A stretch of DNA of 64,000 nucleotides from Catajapyx aquilonaris (taxonomy: Eukaryota). The position numbers and the translations under genes were made by a program. Shown here piece after piece: positions 61,394 through 64,000 of the stretch. The notes below the pieces were generated by a model. That model made no database searches. It saw only the letters and a program-made list of their open reading frames with translations, and was not told the origin of the DNA. The stretch is taken from contig JYFJ02001515.1 of assembly GCA_000934665.2 (NCBI GenBank), positions 1-64,000 of the forward strand, read 5' to 3'. The stretch's first letter is position 1. Each line of letters opens with the position of its first letter.

Positions 61394-63299
61394 AGTCATT
61401 TGTCCAACTTCAAATTACACATTCCATCGAGGCCAACTGTCAAAAATTTCTAGTCGTCATCTGCTTTATTCTGGTTTGCATTGTTTACTTGCTGCTGAAG
61501 AGGTAGATGGAGAGGCGTGGGAGAATTTAGGAAGATGTCCATGGCATTTAGACATGCAAGAAATCCCTGCTATAGATAAACCAGCTAGAAAGTAGTGGTT
61601 GGGAAAATAAGGGAATGCTGTCAACAAAGCATGAGGACGGATCAAATGAAAATGAGAAAAGTGAAATTTATTTACCAGCCGTTTGGAATGAATTACACAA
61701 GGCGTACTGCTATCATTACATCTACTGTCCGACTCCACCTATCAACGGAGTACTTGAAGTCATGAGTAGCATGAAAGTCCGCAACTTTTCCTCTCAAACA
61801 GCATCCCCTAACCTCGTTAAGAGCAAGTAAAGAAATGTTTTCTGTTCATGGCTTGTTTCTGCCATTACAAAACATTACTATTCTGGGTTGCACCACTGAA
61901 GGTATAGATCGTAAGCTGAGGGTCATGCAAATGCTATCAATTGTTGATAAGTTGCTTCCAACATTATTAATAGCATTTGATTGGCCTTCTGTTGATTTAT
62001 TTTTAATGGTGCATGCTGTCCTTAGCTTAGTAGTTTGTTTTTTTAAAATTGGTTTTCATATTTGTTGGTAGAAGCAAGCCTTTAAAAAAACTTATTGCAT
62101 TGAGTGTAAGAGTCCTCATTATGCATAAAATGCTACAATCTATCATCACATCTAGCACTAAGCACATTGGATCATGCTTTCACCTTAGAAGCTATGCGAA
62201 TTTTTTGACAAAACGCCCGGACATCGCTGCTCAAATCGCTCGGATGTAAACGCATCCTTACTTGATCACATTCAAGGAATTTAAATTTATTTATTTACTT
62301 TTATCTTTATGTGTTTTATTATCTTGTTTGTTTATTTAACTTTTGTATGTGATTTTGTGACGCATTTATTTATTTGTGTGTTTATTTTCCTACTTGAAGG
62401 AAATAATGCATTTGAATACAGGATGGCGATTTTCTTATTTTTATCCACTGACACTGACCATATGATGATGCGAATTTTATAATGGCGTTGTAGTTGAACA
62501 GTGAACATGACAGCAGATTGACCGTCATGAAATGCAGAAGATGAAAATTTAATTAATGCAAGCCTTATCGTCTAGTCATTCAAGTTCAATGAAGTGCGTA
62601 AAATCCACTGAATTCTAGGAGATTCTCCCATGCAAATCAGCCAAGAATAAACAATTTAATGGCAGGGTATGTACTCGTATAGTTCAAATGACCACACCTT
62701 TATTACCACTGTTGTGACTTAATAACAACAACAACAACGGTGATGTCATTTGGACTTTTTGAAGCTAATTTTTTTGGTCTTTTTAGATTTTGTACATCAC
62801 CGTGAAATTGTGCATAATGAGGACTGCACCTATAAGTATTCGTCGTTTGTATGACGTAGTACAGCACATGTACCTGCACAGGTGCAGCTAACGAGAGTAC
62901 TAGTGCATTGCCTTGCATAGCTGCCTTATTTTTATTGAAGATACATTCAACTATTCTAGTCGCCTTATTGTCGTGTTTCTTGTAAGCAAAAAATGATTGT
63001 ATTTTAAAATTCACAAGTGTAATACAAAAAATATTAAACGTTGCCCCGACCCCATTTTTCACGTGCACCTCTCCTATACAAAATGTACATGTACGACTAA
63101 ATTCCAGCTGTCGGCAAGTCGGCAACTCAACAATGCGAAAACGAGCGTCGTTGCGTTTTTCAATTAGTTTAAAACGAAGCTACTACCACAACCAGGTAAT
63201 TTTTGTTTTGTTTATGATGCATTAAACCAGTTAGGCAGGTCTCAATAAGGTGACCTATGACCCACAATTGGTCTATGAAAAGGCCTTCATGTCGCTTAT

Positions 63300-63495
63300 G
63301 ATCATGGTACAGAAGAATTATGATTATGATTGTGAATTACGTACGTAGAAGTACATGATTGTGATTATGAATTATGTACGTAGAAGTACATGATTGTGAT
63401 TATGAATTACGTACGTAGAAGTACATGATTGTGATTATGAATATTACGTATGTAGAAGTACATGATTTATGATTACGATTATGAATTATGATTAA
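63300..63495. repeat. Minisatellite, ~35-bp unit, about 4-5 copies
   Basis: GTACGTAGAAGTACATGATTGTGATTATGAATTA(C/T) repeated head-to-tail with degenerate ends. Confidence 0.9.
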
Positions 63496-63720
63496 GCTTA
63501 TGATAATTAGCATCAACAGGTTGCTGGGACAAACAAAACCTGCAATGTCTTGAGAGAAGTTGGGCTTATAATTATTTGACCTTGACGTAATATTATCTCA
63601 AGTGCCATTTGTCGTGTTAAAGCTTTAATAATTATTATGCACATTTAATTAGCGTATGACCATTTTTTCCACCCCGTCATCATCGCAATTGAAAGGTACC
63701 GCGAAAACTGAAAATCCAAG

Positions 63721-63760
63721 ATGGCAGCTATGAATACGTCATCTTCCAAGGAAACATTTG
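63721..63760 (+). CDS. Possible first coding exon of an unidentified downstream gene
   Basis: CAAGATGGCAG start context like other genes here; MAAMNTSSSKETF then G|GTTTAA possible donor; too short to identify. Confidence 0.25.
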
Positions 63761-64000
63761 GTTTAATTCATTAAATTAAACCGTGTTCAATTAAGCATGC
63801 GATTAATTGGCAATGTGCGGATCATACCCTGGTGTTTAATTAGTAAATTGTTAATTACCTACCCATGTGATGACGTCCGTATGGCACCGCTCTCGCCTGG
63901 AAATATGTCTCACATATTTTTTTTCTTTCCTTTTGTACTCTGTTGGTTTTGCTGAAGAGCTGTTTCGCCTGCCAAAAAATTTTGGCGAAAAGAAGTGGGT

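Noticed and set aside
63300..63495. 35-bp repeats of CRISPR-like length
   Set aside because: Head-to-tail with no spacers; ordinary minisatellite.

Overview
Eukaryotic genomic DNA from an animal, probably an arthropod (inferred from protein motifs and many ~55-110 bp GT-AG introns); nothing prokaryotic is supported. I spliced ten protein-coding genes by hand with consistent intron phases: Cdc25/string (+, 5' end outside the window, ends 13002), PGM3 (+), GPI-anchored melanotransferrin/Tsf2 (-), TMEM129 (+), Rab24 (-), MGAT2 (+, preceded by ~21 kb with no recognisable coding sequence), three tandem PEBP/OV-16-like paralogs (-) and Rab28 (+). A possible first exon of another gene lies near 63.7 kb. 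Non-coding structure includes a TA-flanked CAGT-ended MITE with internal tandem repeats, a perfect 60-bp-arm hairpin, an 8-mer satellite, a 35-bp minisatellite and a diverged ~200-bp duplicated element. I see no convincing wholly new multi-gene system. The best leads are an in-frame MGAT2 cassette exon with two donors and Rbfox/STAR motifs, divergence among the PEBP paralogs (DPDAP->DPDAL, a mitochondrial-like presequence), a 13-aa repeat insertion and non-canonical iron ligands in melanotransferrin, and the long intronic hairpin in Cdc25. No database searches were run; family assignments rest on motifs I recognise.
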